64,000 nt of DNA from Bigelowiella natans CCMP2755 (Eukaryota; Protista; Cercozoa): NCBI GenBank assembly GCA_000320545.1, contig ADNK01001243.1:25150-89149 (forward strand). The letters are read 5' to 3'. This document shows positions 13,903 to 24,537 of the stretch, in pieces. The position numbers were made by a program, and so were the translations under genes. The notes beneath the pieces are model-generated. The model was given only the letters and a program-made list of their open reading frames with translations. It searched no databases and was not told where the DNA came from. Position 1 is the stretch's first letter; each line of letters begins with the position of its first letter.

Positions 13903-14810
13903 CAGCAGAGAATGGACCATACCCCACATTTGATTTCCCATCTGCCGTCAGTAGGGGAATGACACAAAATTTTCATTTCAAAAATTCACCTACTGACGAC
14001 CTACTGCTGAACTGAATTGCTAGAATGACATGGCAAAATTGCACGAGCATGACATGTCAAGTACTCCACAATTGATTTCCCATCAGCAATCAGTAGCAAA
14101 ATGTGCGAAAATGCGCAACATGAAAGCTTTGCCTACTGACGACCTGCTGCTGAACTGAATTGCTAGAATGACATGATGAAAATGTTCTACCCATGTGTTT
14201 TGTGAAAACAATCTTTGTTAAAAATGACATAGCAAAATCCACAGCAGAGCATCGTTAAAAACACTGTAACTTTATTATCACCTAAAACAATAAATGAGAT
14301 ATTCAAATCAAAAATGGGAAAACCATTGGACAAATGGCTGACGGAAGAACAATTTAGATCTTATTTGAAGAACAAAAGATTTTTGTATGTGATATCATCA
14401 AGCAACATGGACACATACAAAAGGAAATCTACTGAAGAACTTGTCATCAAGTTCGGCCAAGGCAAGGGAACTCAACCAGCATCAAGATTAAAAGATTACA
14501 TATCATGTCATGGGTACACTGACTCCAAAAGACCTTGGATGGGTTGCAAATTACATTACTTGCTCATCACGTACTGAAAAGAGCAAAAAAGTAGCAGCTA
14601 TAAACGTTCTATGGTTCATAAGATGAACTAAAATTAAAACAGTATGCGCTAGAAAAAACAACTTGTTAGTAGACAGAGGCGATGAAAGAATATTAATAAG
14701 GTTGAGTAAATTGATGAGCATATTAGATTATGAACAATTCAAAAAACTTACAGACATTGAGTCAAAACCTACATGCAATCTACGAAACAAAAAGCAGAAA
14801 TACATCGTTG
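13903..14810 (+). repeat. Left inverted repeat (TIR-like), homology stops abruptly at 14810
   Basis: Reverse complement of 34792-35687 with ~19 substitutions and several 1-4 bp indels (hand alignment). Confidence 0.95.
14294..14810 (+). pseudogene. Frameshifted, truncated copy of the TIR-encoded ORF 34484-35296
   Basis: Fragments MGKPLDKWLTEEQFRS... and LLVDRGDERILIRLSKLM... match the right-hand ORF but are broken by indels. Confidence 0.9.
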
Positions 14811-14825
14811 CAAGTCGATCGCAGC

Positions 14826-15260
14826 TATTCGATCTTGTTGTTATTGTTGTTGTTGTTGTTGTGTCGTTGTTGTTGTAGTTTATTATCATTGTTCATTGTT
14901 CATTGTTCATTGTTGTTGTTGGGTTCCGGTGTCGTACGTAACAATGTCTTGCAATTTGAAAAAACCAGCTAGTCAATTTACTAGTCATAGTCCTCACTAA
15001 AGCTAGTTCGAGGCACTGCGTTTCGCACACTGCAAATGTCTTGTAACATTTTGGAAATGCTAGTTTTTTGTCATTGTTCATTGTTCATTGTTCGTTCATT
15101 GTAGCTAGTTGTAGTCCTCACCACAGCTAGTTCGAGGCACTGCGTTTCGCCGTACACTGCAAATGTCTTGCAACATTTTGGAAGCGTAGTTTTTCATCAT
15201 TGCTCATTCGATTCTCGGCACTGCGTTCCGTTGCACATGATGAGCTACATTTCCAAAATG
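14826..15260. repeat. (GTT)n tract plus ~125-bp degenerate tandem units
   Basis: GCTAGTTCGAGGCACTGCGTTTCGC..ACACTGCAAATGTCTTG at ~15002 and ~15126, with looser copies on each side. Confidence 0.7.
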
Positions 15261-15649
15261 CTGCGCGTCGACATTTGCAGTGTGCGAATTGCAGGCGGAG
15301 CAGCCACACGAGGGGCAAAACTGATGCACGAACTGTTGCCAGAGTGCGCATTGATGCTCATGCTGTGTCCTAGAGACCACACAAATGTTGTCACATCTCT
15401 GGCAACACGCACACTTGCATTGTGGATCTGTAGTAGTTGTGCACACCCACAAACCTCGTCAGTGCGTTTCGCGTTGGAATGTTCAAAACGACATGTTCTG
15501 AGCTAGGTTTCGTACACATGTGATTGTAAGAACAATGCATGCGACCATGCATGATCGAGCAATAACACACATGTGTATGTCCTAATCGCAAACATGCGCC
15601 ACAGCTAGCACAGCGAACCACAACACATGACACTCCCTTCTCCAAATAG

Positions 15650-16000
15650 CTTCAAAAGTTGAAGACAAGCTGATCGAACTTCGCTTCCGTGAAGCAATCC
15701 CACCGGAAAATATCAGCAAGCATTAATATGCATTTATGAAAAATAGATGCTTGCGAAACAGCTTTAACCAAGATGGCACAGAAAATCGAAGATGGGATAT
15801 ACAATAAAAACGGCATGATACGTAAATTGCACGAGAAATATAAAATTAGGGGTTCCTTATTATTATGGATCGATGACTGGCTTAGATATCGCTCGGCCAG
15901 ATTCAAATTTGGCAACACTCTATCTGAACATATGAATTGGAGAATGGAGTCCCAGAATGCTCTTCCCTTAGCTGTTTTCTATTTATAACATACTATGATA
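15650..16000 (+). pseudogene. Non-LTR (LINE-type) reverse transcriptase fragment, frameshifted
   Basis: KLHEKYKIRGSLLLWIDDWLRYRSARFKFGNTLS is followed in another frame by ELENGVPECSSLSCFLFITY, the LINE RT stretch leading to the GVPQGSxLSPxLF motif. Confidence 0.75.
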
Positions 16001-16146
16001 TATATGAATACATAACAAATACTGATTTTCAAATAATACCCCATGAGTAAATATTGCATCTGCTTAGTTCTTCACATTAGCCACAGGAAAATATATAGCT
16101 TGGGCCGCCCACCTTGTAGATGGCGCGCATCTACTCCTGTATATAT

Positions 16147-18149
16147 CTATTTTTTCGAGCTTATGGCGACCATTTCCGCCCCCAGCCCTCGCTTCAATTC
16201 CGTGCTCAATATGTACAAATTCCTCAAGTCTCTATTGAACACCTGGACCCGTCGCTCAATGCAATCATGTTTGATGAAGGTTTTGATTTCATCATCGTTT
16301 GTCAAGCCATAGGGAGTGTCCCCATTTCTATTTTCAGCCTCAATGTTTGCTTTCATGTTGACCAGGTACTTTACGATCCTAAAATTACCGTTTGTGCAAG
16401 CCGCGATCAACGGGGTACAACCTAATGCATTGTTATGTAATCATTTCATATTAACATCTTCCACAGCTGCTGCCTAAATGCTAGCATTGGTACCCACCGT
16501 AGTTGTTTTCAGCCTCAATGTTTGCCTTCATGTCAATCAGGTACTTTACGATCTCATAACCATTTTTAGAGCAACCCCAAATCAACGGAGTATCACCTAA
16601 TGCATTGTTATGTAATCATTTCAAATTATGTAACATCTTCTAGCATTGGTACCCACCGTGCTCTTTGTTTTCCCCCTCAATGTTTGCCTTCATGTTAACC
16701 AGGGACTTAACGATCTTTAAATCACGCTTCATGCAACCCATGATCAACGGAGTATGACCTAATGCATCATTATGTAATCATTTCAAATTATGAAACATCT
16801 TCTCCAACTGCTGCCTAAGTGCTTGCATTGGTACCTACCGTATTGGCCTACCGCCTCAATGTTTGCCTTCATGTCAATAAGATACTTCACGATCCTAGAA
16901 TCAATCACTTTGATACCGTACATCAACGGAGTATCACCTAATGCATCGTTGTGTTATCATTTCATATTAACATCTTCCACAACTGGCTGCCTAAATGCTA
17001 GCACTGGTACCCACCGTAGCAGTTTTCAGCCTCAATGTTTGCCTTCATGTTAACCAGGTACTTTACGATCTCAAAATTGCCCATTTGGGTACCCACGAGC
17101 AACGGAGTATGATCTAATGCATCGTTATGTAATTAGTTGAAAGTATGTAACATCTTCTACAACTGCTGCCTAAACGCTAGCATTGGTACAAACCGTACTC
17201 GCCTTTCGCCTCAATGTTTGCCTTGATGTTAACCAGGTACTTAACGATCTCAAAATTTTCCATATGGGAACTCTCGATCAACGGAGTATCACCTAATGCA
17301 TTGTTATGTAATTAGTTGAAAGTATGTAACATCTTCTACAACTGCTGCCTAAATGCTAGCATTGGTACCCACCTTTCCTGTTTTTCGCCTCAATGTTTGC
17401 CTTCATGTTAACCAGGTACTTTACGATCTCAAAATTACCTTCACAGCAACCCGCGAGCAACGGAGTATAATCTAATGCATCGTTATGTAATCATTTCAAG
17501 TTACGTAACATCTTCTCCAACTGCTGCCTAAATGCTAGCATTGGTACCCACCGCTGTCGTCTTTCGCCTCAATGTTTGCCTTCATGTTAACCAGGTACTT
17601 TACGATCTCAAAATTGCCCATTTGGGTACCCACGAGCAACGGAGTATGATCTAATGCATCGTTATGTAATTAGTTGAAAGTATGTAACATCTCCTACAAC
17701 TGCTGCCTAAACGCTAGCATTATTACAAACCGTACTCGCCTTTCGCCTCAATGTTTGCCTTGATGTTAACCAGGTACTTTACGATCTCAAAATTACCATT
17801 TTGGGTACCCACGAGCAACGGAGTATCACCTAATGCATTGTTATGTAATTAGTTGAAAGTATGTAACATCTTCTACAACTGCTGCCTAAATGCTAGCATT
17901 GGTACCCACCTTTCTTGTTTTTCGCCTCAATGTTTGCCTTCATGGTAACCAGGGACTTCACGATCTCAAAATTACCTTCACAGCAACCCGCGAACAACGG
18001 AGTATGACCTAATGGATTGTTATGTAATCATTTCAAATAATGTAACATCTTCTCCAACTACTGCCTAAGTGCTAGCATTGGTACCCACCGCTGTCGTCTT
18101 TCGCCTCAATGTTTGCCTCCATGTCATCAAGGTACTTCACGATCGCCAT
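16147..18149 (-). CDS. Ankyrin-repeat protein, one 33-aa repeat per exon (10 full repeat exons plus a partial first exon)
   Basis: ~179-bp tandem unit = 99-nt exon (GxTPLxxxxxxGNFEIVKYLVNMKANIEAxxxx) + ~80-nt phase-1 intron GTGGGT...CATTAG (e.g. intron 18009-18088). All exons read in frame to the stop at 16147; in-frame ATG at 18149. Confidence 0.88.
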
Positions 18150-18351
18150 TTACCAAGCTTGAATTCTGGGAAGAATCATTTGGAAATGCATGGTAAATTT
18201 TCCCTTGCGTCTGTGATGAAATTATGTCGCAACCTGAAAATTAGCATTTTAAAATGTTGTTTCTAAAATCTCTTGGGACTCTCTCAAAGGTCAATACAAA
18301 ATTCACTAAAAAATCGCAAAATCGAATTTCGCATTTCTATTCTTAACTTCT

Positions 18352-21300
18352 TCAAATCCCAAGATGGACAAGGTCCTCAACACTCACCTTATCTTCAAAT
18401 TCAACATCCTGAGGGGTGTATTCACCAAATGCTGGATATGTTTGTTGGTTATTTCTACTAAGATTACACTCCACACAAGTTAATCTACAGTTGTTCCAGA
18501 GATGGGGTAGATCATTATCAATTCTATCCACAGAAACATTATCAGCAGTAAATCCACATCTACACACAGGACATTGTGGATGATTATTAACAGTTCTTTT
18601 TATCCATTCCTCATCAATATATTCTTTATCTTTCCAAGTTCTACCAGCTCTTTTGTCCTGAGATTTATATGAAGATACTTTCATTCGTAGTTTTTGAGTG
18701 ATCATACTTTCCTTTAATCTGTAGCATTCTTTATCGCTGTGCTGATATATTTGTATCTGTGAAAGGTCAGTTGAACGAGTTATAGCAGTCCAGAGCCACT
18801 TGCGATTAATTCTACAGGTGTTAGTATCGAATACGGTAATGGGGCCATCTACTGATAATCCTTGAAAACTATGACAGGTAGAGGCATATGATAATCTAAA
18901 ATGCTTACTAATTAATTCTATAGGAATTCTTATTTCTTCCATATCACATACATCCTGTATTACAAATTCTTTTTTACTTACTTTAACAACTTCATAAGCA
19001 TAGTTCACATATAGTTTTGGTTTCTTATTATATTTTTTACACACAATCTCCATACCAGCATAGTAGCAAATACCATCTACATAAACCTTTTTTCTCGGTT
19101 TCTTTTGTAGGCTATGGATATGCTTTCCTACTGAACGGGATCTAAAGTTGTAGAAGGTAATATTGTTGAGAGTTCTAACTTCACTTATACTTTTCACAAC
19201 TTTAAAATATTTTTTTAGCACATCAAATGGTTTAGTTTTTACATCAAATATTTCTTGTTTTAATTGTACAAGAGTATTTCTTTCCTCGTCTGTTTTTACT
19301 CTCTTACAGATTTTCAATGTAATTTGATTTGGAAACATGCTATTTAAAGCTTCAGTTGTTCTAACATCAAGGTCTTTGATGTTATTAAACAGATATTCGT
19401 TTTCAATGGGATCCAATTGAGCTAAATCACCAGTAGCAATAAATTTTTTATCAGTATGCTTATCCATAAATAACTTAATTTTTGATAGTTGATGTAGTGA
19501 ATACATATAAACCTCATCAAAGCACATAACATCATATGGTGAAATATCAAATTTTCTTATGTATTTACATTCGTTGTTATGAATGTTAAGGCTAAATAAT
19601 CTATGATAAGTAATAGCATCGTGTCCGCTCTCACGAATATTTTGGCATAATTTATTGAACGGTGCTACAAATAGTATTTTCTTTCCTTTGTATTTTTTAA
19701 CTGAATAACTCTTACCACTACCAGGTAATAAAGCATTCACAAGAGTTCTATCATATTTATCAAATACATTTGTGATTTCTTCTGTGTCCCATTCATTTTT
19801 TATGTCAATCTTATTAATGTTAATTAATTTAGGTTCTACCAGTTCATTTTCTTCAGGAATAAAATAATTACCGGCAACTTTAGTCCCTTTTTCTAATTTC
19901 ACACCACCAATATCTTTATTAAAATCAAAATGAGGTATAATTTTATGAACCTTATCAGATACAATAATACAATCAGTTTTAATAGCTATAGGATGTAATC
20001 CTACTGATACACATTTATCATATAAATTACACATTTTGATACTTACCATATCATATATCATATCTTTAATAGGTTTGAAGGTCTCTCTTACAAGTTTTTT
20101 AGTTGTTCTTACAAGTAAAAATAAATCATCATTCATAGGATTAATTTCACCACCATATAATTTCTTATAATGATTTGCTTCATTCAAATTTTTATAAATT
20201 TTACATACTGATTTATGATTGTATTTCTTCTCAAGCATTCCTGTAATTTTATTACATATGAATTTGTTAGCATTGATGGTTCCAAGTTCTGTTTCATACA
20301 GTTTATCAACTGCTTTACTAAATTTAACAGTAGCAATATTAGAAGGTCTAATGTAGTATAGTATATCGTAACTATTTTTATTCATTTGTTTTAATTTAAA
20401 TCCATATACTCTGTTGCATCTTTTAGGTAATAAGATATTATGAGCTTCACCTCCATCTAAACTCATCACAACATACATTGCAAGGTCTTCAATAGAATGA
20501 TCATCATATTTAACATAATTATCAAAATAATGAAAAATAGGAATTTGAGAGATTGATTTTAAAGCCCAAGTGTAACATTTATTAACATCAATACCATTTC
20601 CAATAGCATCATCACTTAGTCTTCCTACAGCAGGTCCTTTAGAATGTGCTTCATTCATTCTTAATGCTTCATCATTGAAAATGCTTATGTGTTCTTTCTT
20701 AATAATTTTTTGATAGAAGTCATCATCTGCTTTCACAAAATTTTCATAGTTATTTTCATTTACATCATAAGTAACAATGTCATTCATGTTGTTGTAATCT
20801 GGATGTGAAATAATACAGTACTTATTGCTAATTTTAAATGATAATGACAGCATTCTGTTGTGTTGAAAGAAAATTTTAGGTTCGTATTTATGAACATTGA
20901 TCATTTCAATTAACAATTCTCTCACATCCCCATGATAAAAATATTTGATATTTTCATCATTCACTGTTTTAATATGAGATACGATATCATTGAGGTTTTT
21001 AATAAATTTGAAACAATTACTTTTTTCTTCATCTATTGATCTAAATTTGTATTTGTCATAAACCTGTAATGAACATTCATTGCATTCTACCTCTTTTTTT
21101 TTCTGTTCTAGTTCTTTGATTTGGTGATTGAGCAAATAAGCATGATTATTGTGAATCATAATTCTAAAATTTCGTGGTGATGTGTGCTTGTTGTGTTCAT
21201 CAGGTGTAAATTTATCAACTAAATTATACATGTCATCGTAAACGGTTAGCCCTAATTCATATTTCTCAAAAAACTTTTTAATCTCTGCTAATTTGATAGC

Positions 21301-22173
21301 ATCATCCCTTTTTTTTTCTTTTTTTCCTACAATATTACAAAGAGCATTACAAGTAAGATTTTTATATCTGGATTTTTCAAATGATTTTTCATATGAGTTC
21401 ATAATGGCATTAAACATGCAGGAATTTTCTCTGTTGTATTTTTTAGGTTGATGGAACAGATCACCAAAAGTTTTAGCATCTTTGTTAATTTCATATTTGA
21501 GGTATTTGTAATTCATAGCCACATTGTTATCATCATCTTTCACCACAATTTGACTGACATCATAATCACTTGATGATTTAGAATCACAAGACCCATCATG
21601 AATGATTTTGATGTAATCACTATGTTCAAATGAAGGGTTATTCATTTCCTCAGCCATGTTTTGGTTTCTCATTGACACTCCACAAATTTGTCTATCAAGT
21701 GATTTTGATTTGATTTTAACAAATCTACCAATAGCATTTCTAAATGCTTGAGTAGTTTTTTTCAAAACCACACCATTAACAGTCATCACATTTGCTAATC
21801 TCAGTCCTTTGTGATTGAATTCATTAACAGCATGTTTTCTTTCTTCATCTACCCTGCGATGAACAAAAATTGTATAACTTGTATTAGTTCCACCACAAAT
21901 TGTGCGATGTGTTTTTTTCAGTTGGCTTTCGTTGAGGTTTCTAAAAGAATTAAGACTGCTATTCACAACTTCAAAAGGTGATCCTTTAACATTTAATTTG
22001 TTGCAAGTTCTACCACCAATCTTAACTAATCGGTTGGTGTTAATGTTGCATCCATAACCATTTTTCATCTCTTTGTTTTCAATTTTAGTAAAAAGCTTTT
22101 GTAAGTTCTTTTTTTGAAGAGAACTAAACTTTCTAAATTTTTTCAAAAAACTTTTCATTATGTTATTAGACAC
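18352..22173 (-). CDS. Family-B DNA polymerase core + superfamily 1 helicase + C-terminal HNH-like fusion (1273 aa)
   Basis: PolB-like motifs GIDVNKCYT, KFICNKITG, AIKTDCI. SF1 motifs LPGSGKS, CFDEVY, GDLAQLDPI, YASTCHSFQG, WTAITRS. C-terminal CPVC...SVDRIDNDLPHLWNNCRLTCVECN. Start is GTG. Confidence 0.88.
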   Translation of the reverse strand: MSNNIMKSFLKKFRKFSSLQKKNLQKLFTKIENKEMKNGYGCNINTNRLVKIGGRTCNKLNVKGSPFEVVNSSLNSFRNLNESQLKKTHRTICGGTNTSYTIFVHRRVDEERKHAVNEFNHKGLRLANVMTVNGVVLKKTTQAFRNAIGRFVKIKSKSLDRQICGVSMRNQNMAEEMNNPSFEHSDYIKIIHDGSCDSKSSSDYDVSQIVVKDDDNNVAMNYKYLKYEINKDAKTFGDLFHQPKKYNRENSCMFNAIMNSYEKSFEKSRYKNLTCNALCNIVGKKEKKRDDAIKLAEIKKFFEKYELGLTVYDDMYNLVDKFTPDEHNKHTSPRNFRIMIHNNHAYLLNHQIKELEQKKKEVECNECSLQVYDKYKFRSIDEEKSNCFKFIKNLNDIVSHIKTVNDENIKYFYHGDVRELLIEMINVHKYEPKIFFQHNRMLSLSFKISNKYCIISHPDYNNMNDIVTYDVNENNYENFVKADDDFYQKIIKKEHISIFNDEALRMNEAHSKGPAVGRLSDDAIGNGIDVNKCYTWALKSISQIPIFHYFDNYVKYDDHSIEDLAMYVVMSLDGGEAHNILLPKRCNRVYGFKLKQMNKNSYDILYYIRPSNIATVKFSKAVDKLYETELGTINANKFICNKITGMLEKKYNHKSVCKIYKNLNEANHYKKLYGGEINPMNDDLFLLVRTTKKLVRETFKPIKDMIYDMVSIKMCNLYDKCVSVGLHPIAIKTDCIIVSDKVHKIIPHFDFNKDIGGVKLEKGTKVAGNYFIPEENELVEPKLININKIDIKNEWDTEEITNVFDKYDRTLVNALLPGSGKSYSVKKYKGKKILFVAPFNKLCQNIRESGHDAITYHRLFSLNIHNNECKYIRKFDISPYDVMCFDEVYMYSLHQLSKIKLFMDKHTDKKFIATGDLAQLDPIENEYLFNNIKDLDVRTTEALNSMFPNQITLKICKRVKTDEERNTLVQLKQEIFDVKTKPFDVLKKYFKVVKSISEVRTLNNITFYNFRSRSVGKHIHSLQKKPRKKVYVDGICYYAGMEIVCKKYNKKPKLYVNYAYEVVKVSKKEFVIQDVCDMEEIRIPIELISKHFRLSYASTCHSFQGLSVDGPITVFDTNTCRINRKWLWTAITRSTDLSQIQIYQHSDKECYRLKESMITQKLRMKVSSYKSQDKRAGRTWKDKEYIDEEWIKRTVNNHPQCPVCRCGFTADNVSVDRIDNDLPHLWNNCRLTCVECNLSRNNQQTYPAFGEYTPQDVEFEDKVSVEDLVHLGI

Positions 22174-22304
22174 ATTGTTATTACAGATTAGATTTCTTTA
22201 AGTGAGAATTAAACGAATGAAAATTTAAAAAAAAACTGTAGTTTTTTTGAGAGTTTTGAAACGAACATAAAATGGTTTAAAAAGAAAAAATCCATAGCAT
22301 TACA

Positions 22305-22622
22305 ATGAGCGAAAATAATAAAATATTTAAATCCAAAACTTCAGAATATGTGAAAGAATACTACAAAAAGAACTCTCAAAAATGGCTACGAAAGGTAGAA
22401 TGTGAAGCCTGTAATTGCATGATTGGATTAGCATCACTATCTCGACACAAAAGAACTAAAAAACACATGCTTAATAGCAATCCTAATCCATCCGAAGAGC
22501 AGAAAAAATTTGTAGATGACAATGAATGTGTCAAGTTCAGAAAATGCAAATTAGTCAAATTAGAAGAAAAACTAGATTTTGTCATGAAGAAATTAGAAGA
22601 GTTAGGAAACAAAACACAATGA
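22305..22622 (+). CDS. Viral zinc-finger protein
   Basis: KEYYKKN...VECEACNCMIGLASLSRHKRTKKH motif, typical of giant-virus/PLV small Zn-finger proteins. Confidence 0.7.
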   Translation: MSENNKIFKSKTSEYVKEYYKKNSQKWLRKVECEACNCMIGLASLSRHKRTKKHMLNSNPNPSEEQKKFVDDNECVKFRKCKLVKLEEKLDFVMKKLEELGNKTQ

Positions 22623-22681
22623 ATGTGTTTTCATGATCATCACAATTACTGTTGTGATTATGAGATGATATTATGAACAAG

Positions 22682-22936
22682 TTAAATGTTGATAGTTTTT
22701 GTTTCATGACCATTGTCATGGTTGTTGTGACTGTCAACATCCTTAAATCCATCACACCAAGATGGTTTGTCATGTTGTTCTTTTTCTTCAACATCTGGTT
22801 TGGCAAGACCAAGTTTAATCAACATGTCTCTATTTTGTCCCTTACAATTATCAATGTTCTTCACAAATGCTTCTACAGATTTGTCACTAACTTTAGGTTT
22901 TGTTGGAACTTTTTCATCCTCATCAGTGTTACTCAT
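22682..22936 (-). CDS. Viral hypothetical protein (84 aa)
   Basis: ATG-start ORF tiling the gene-dense viral region. Confidence 0.45.
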   Translation of the reverse strand: MSNTDEDEKVPTKPKVSDKSVEAFVKNIDNCKGQNRDMLIKLGLAKPDVEEKEQHDKPSWCDGFKDVDSHNNHDNGHETKTINI

Positions 22937-23202
22937 TGTGACACAACTACATGTTTTGTAATAATTTCAAACGAACATTGATCAAATGATACTGTTACAC
23001 CATCAACTTTTTTAGGAACCTTTGGAATTTCTTTTTTCTTCTTTTCCTCCTGTTTTATTTTTGGTTTACGAACATCCTCAAAACATTTCTCATTGTGTTT
23101 ACTCATCTTCTCCTTTTTTTCTTGACACCTTTTCTTTTGGTAAGCAATTACTTTGTCTCTGTTCAACTTGCAACATGCCTTTTGCTTTTCTTTGTCAGAC
23201 AT
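22933..23202 (-). CDS. Viral basic hypothetical protein (89 aa)
   Basis: KQKACCKLNRDKVIAYQKKRCQEKKEK, probably an ancestral KAYY..RY motif; TCTA motif 14 nt upstream. Confidence 0.6.
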   Translation of the reverse strand: MSDKEKQKACCKLNRDKVIAYQKKRCQEKKEKMSKHNEKCFEDVRKPKIKQEEKKKKEIPKVPKKVDGVTVSFDQCSFEIITKHVVVSQ

Positions 23203-23261
23203 TTGTTGAAATAGTTTAGATTTTTACATCTAAAAAAAAATGATCTCAACTCAATTGATGC

Positions 23262-24494
23262 ATGAGTAAGTTAAGAGAAACAGAAAAAAGGTTCACACGA
23301 CAGTGGAACAATTATTTTCCATTGATAGAAGAAAATAAAAATGGAGACAAAGTTCCAAGTAAAGTCAATGTTAATCATCTTCTTTGGATGATTTACAACA
23401 AAGACTCCATTGGAGGTGATAGAAAACTTGTGGTGAGAAAACTCAATACTGAGGTAATTAATCCAATTACAGGAACAAGATTGCATTTGTCGAACATGGA
23501 AAAGTCTTTAATCACACATGCTAATGACAACGGATTTAACATTAGTAATCCAACAGAAGATTTAAGAACACCACCAAGAGCACAAACACCGCCAAAAATG
23601 ATGAGAACACCAGCACCACCATCATCTAGAACACCATTGCCAAGAGGACCACCACCGCCACCACCAAGAAGACCACTACCAAGAAGACCACTACCAGGAG
23701 GACCACCAGTAGGACCAGTATTTGGAGGACCAGCACCAGCACCAGGAAATGGACAACAACAGATAGCACAAGAAGCAAAACTACCAGCATTAGCAAGATC
23801 ATCTGGTCGCAATGTTCCAACACAAGCAACACCATCACAAAGATTTAATCAACAACCAGGATTTAGTTTGACACCAGTAGTTCCTACAACAGCACCTGCT
23901 GGATTTAAATCAACACCAGACGACATGGGTAAGAAAAAATTAACAGATTTATCTTTGAAAGAAATAAAAGAATACAATGATTTTCAGAGACCGCTACCTG
24001 AAATTTTAGAAAGACAAAATACAATTTGTCAGACCAAGACAAGGCAAGGGTCAATTCAAGAAGCAAGTCATCCATTTGGAGGTAAATGTGATGTAACTAA
24101 TGAATCACAAATTAATTGTAACACTAATTCTAAAAACCCATTCATCAAATCTCAAGCACGATTAAAGGTGAAAGAAATAGATGACACAAGTAAAATTTAC
24201 AGACCTCAATTACAAGAAGCAATCGATGATGCTAAACCATCTGCTAAATTAATAGCAAAGATGGCTAACATGGAAGCACTCAAAGTTGAAGTTCCAGTTG
24301 AACCACCATTCAAAGCAAGAGGTTTTGATCCAAAAGAATTACGACCGGTATTTAAAATTAATTACACTCACGGTGTCGTGCCTCAATTTGTGAGTGAGAG
24401 ATGCAAGAAGAAAAAGGCAGAAGTAGCTGATGTTCACACTACTTACATCAAATCAAAACAAATGAAAGATGCAAGTGATCTGTTTTTTCAATGA
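23262..24494 (+). CDS. Viral proline-rich hypothetical protein (410 aa)
   Basis: Long intronless ORF with a central Pro/Arg-rich tract. Confidence 0.75.
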   Translation: MSKLRETEKRFTRQWNNYFPLIEENKNGDKVPSKVNVNHLLWMIYNKDSIGGDRKLVVRKLNTEVINPITGTRLHLSNMEKSLITHANDNGFNISNPTEDLRTPPRAQTPPKMMRTPAPPSSRTPLPRGPPPPPPRRPLPRRPLPGGPPVGPVFGGPAPAPGNGQQQIAQEAKLPALARSSGRNVPTQATPSQRFNQQPGFSLTPVVPTTAPAGFKSTPDDMGKKKLTDLSLKEIKEYNDFQRPLPEILERQNTICQTKTRQGSIQEASHPFGGKCDVTNESQINCNTNSKNPFIKSQARLKVKEIDDTSKIYRPQLQEAIDDAKPSAKLIAKMANMEALKVEVPVEPPFKARGFDPKELRPVFKINYTHGVVPQFVSERCKKKKAEVADVHTTYIKSKQMKDASDLFFQ

Positions 24495-24537
24495 TCATCG
24501 TTTTGTTGTAATTATTATTTCTATTACAATTGTGATA

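Noticed and set aside
16330-18150. CRISPR-like array of repeats with variable spacers
   Set aside because: Units are ~179 bp and resolve into in-frame ankyrin exons plus GT-AG introns; no cas genes; eukaryotic context.
23393-23838. Antisense Gly-rich and Val/Leu-rich ORFs
   Set aside because: Shadow frames of the CCA-rich proline tract in ORF 23262-24494.
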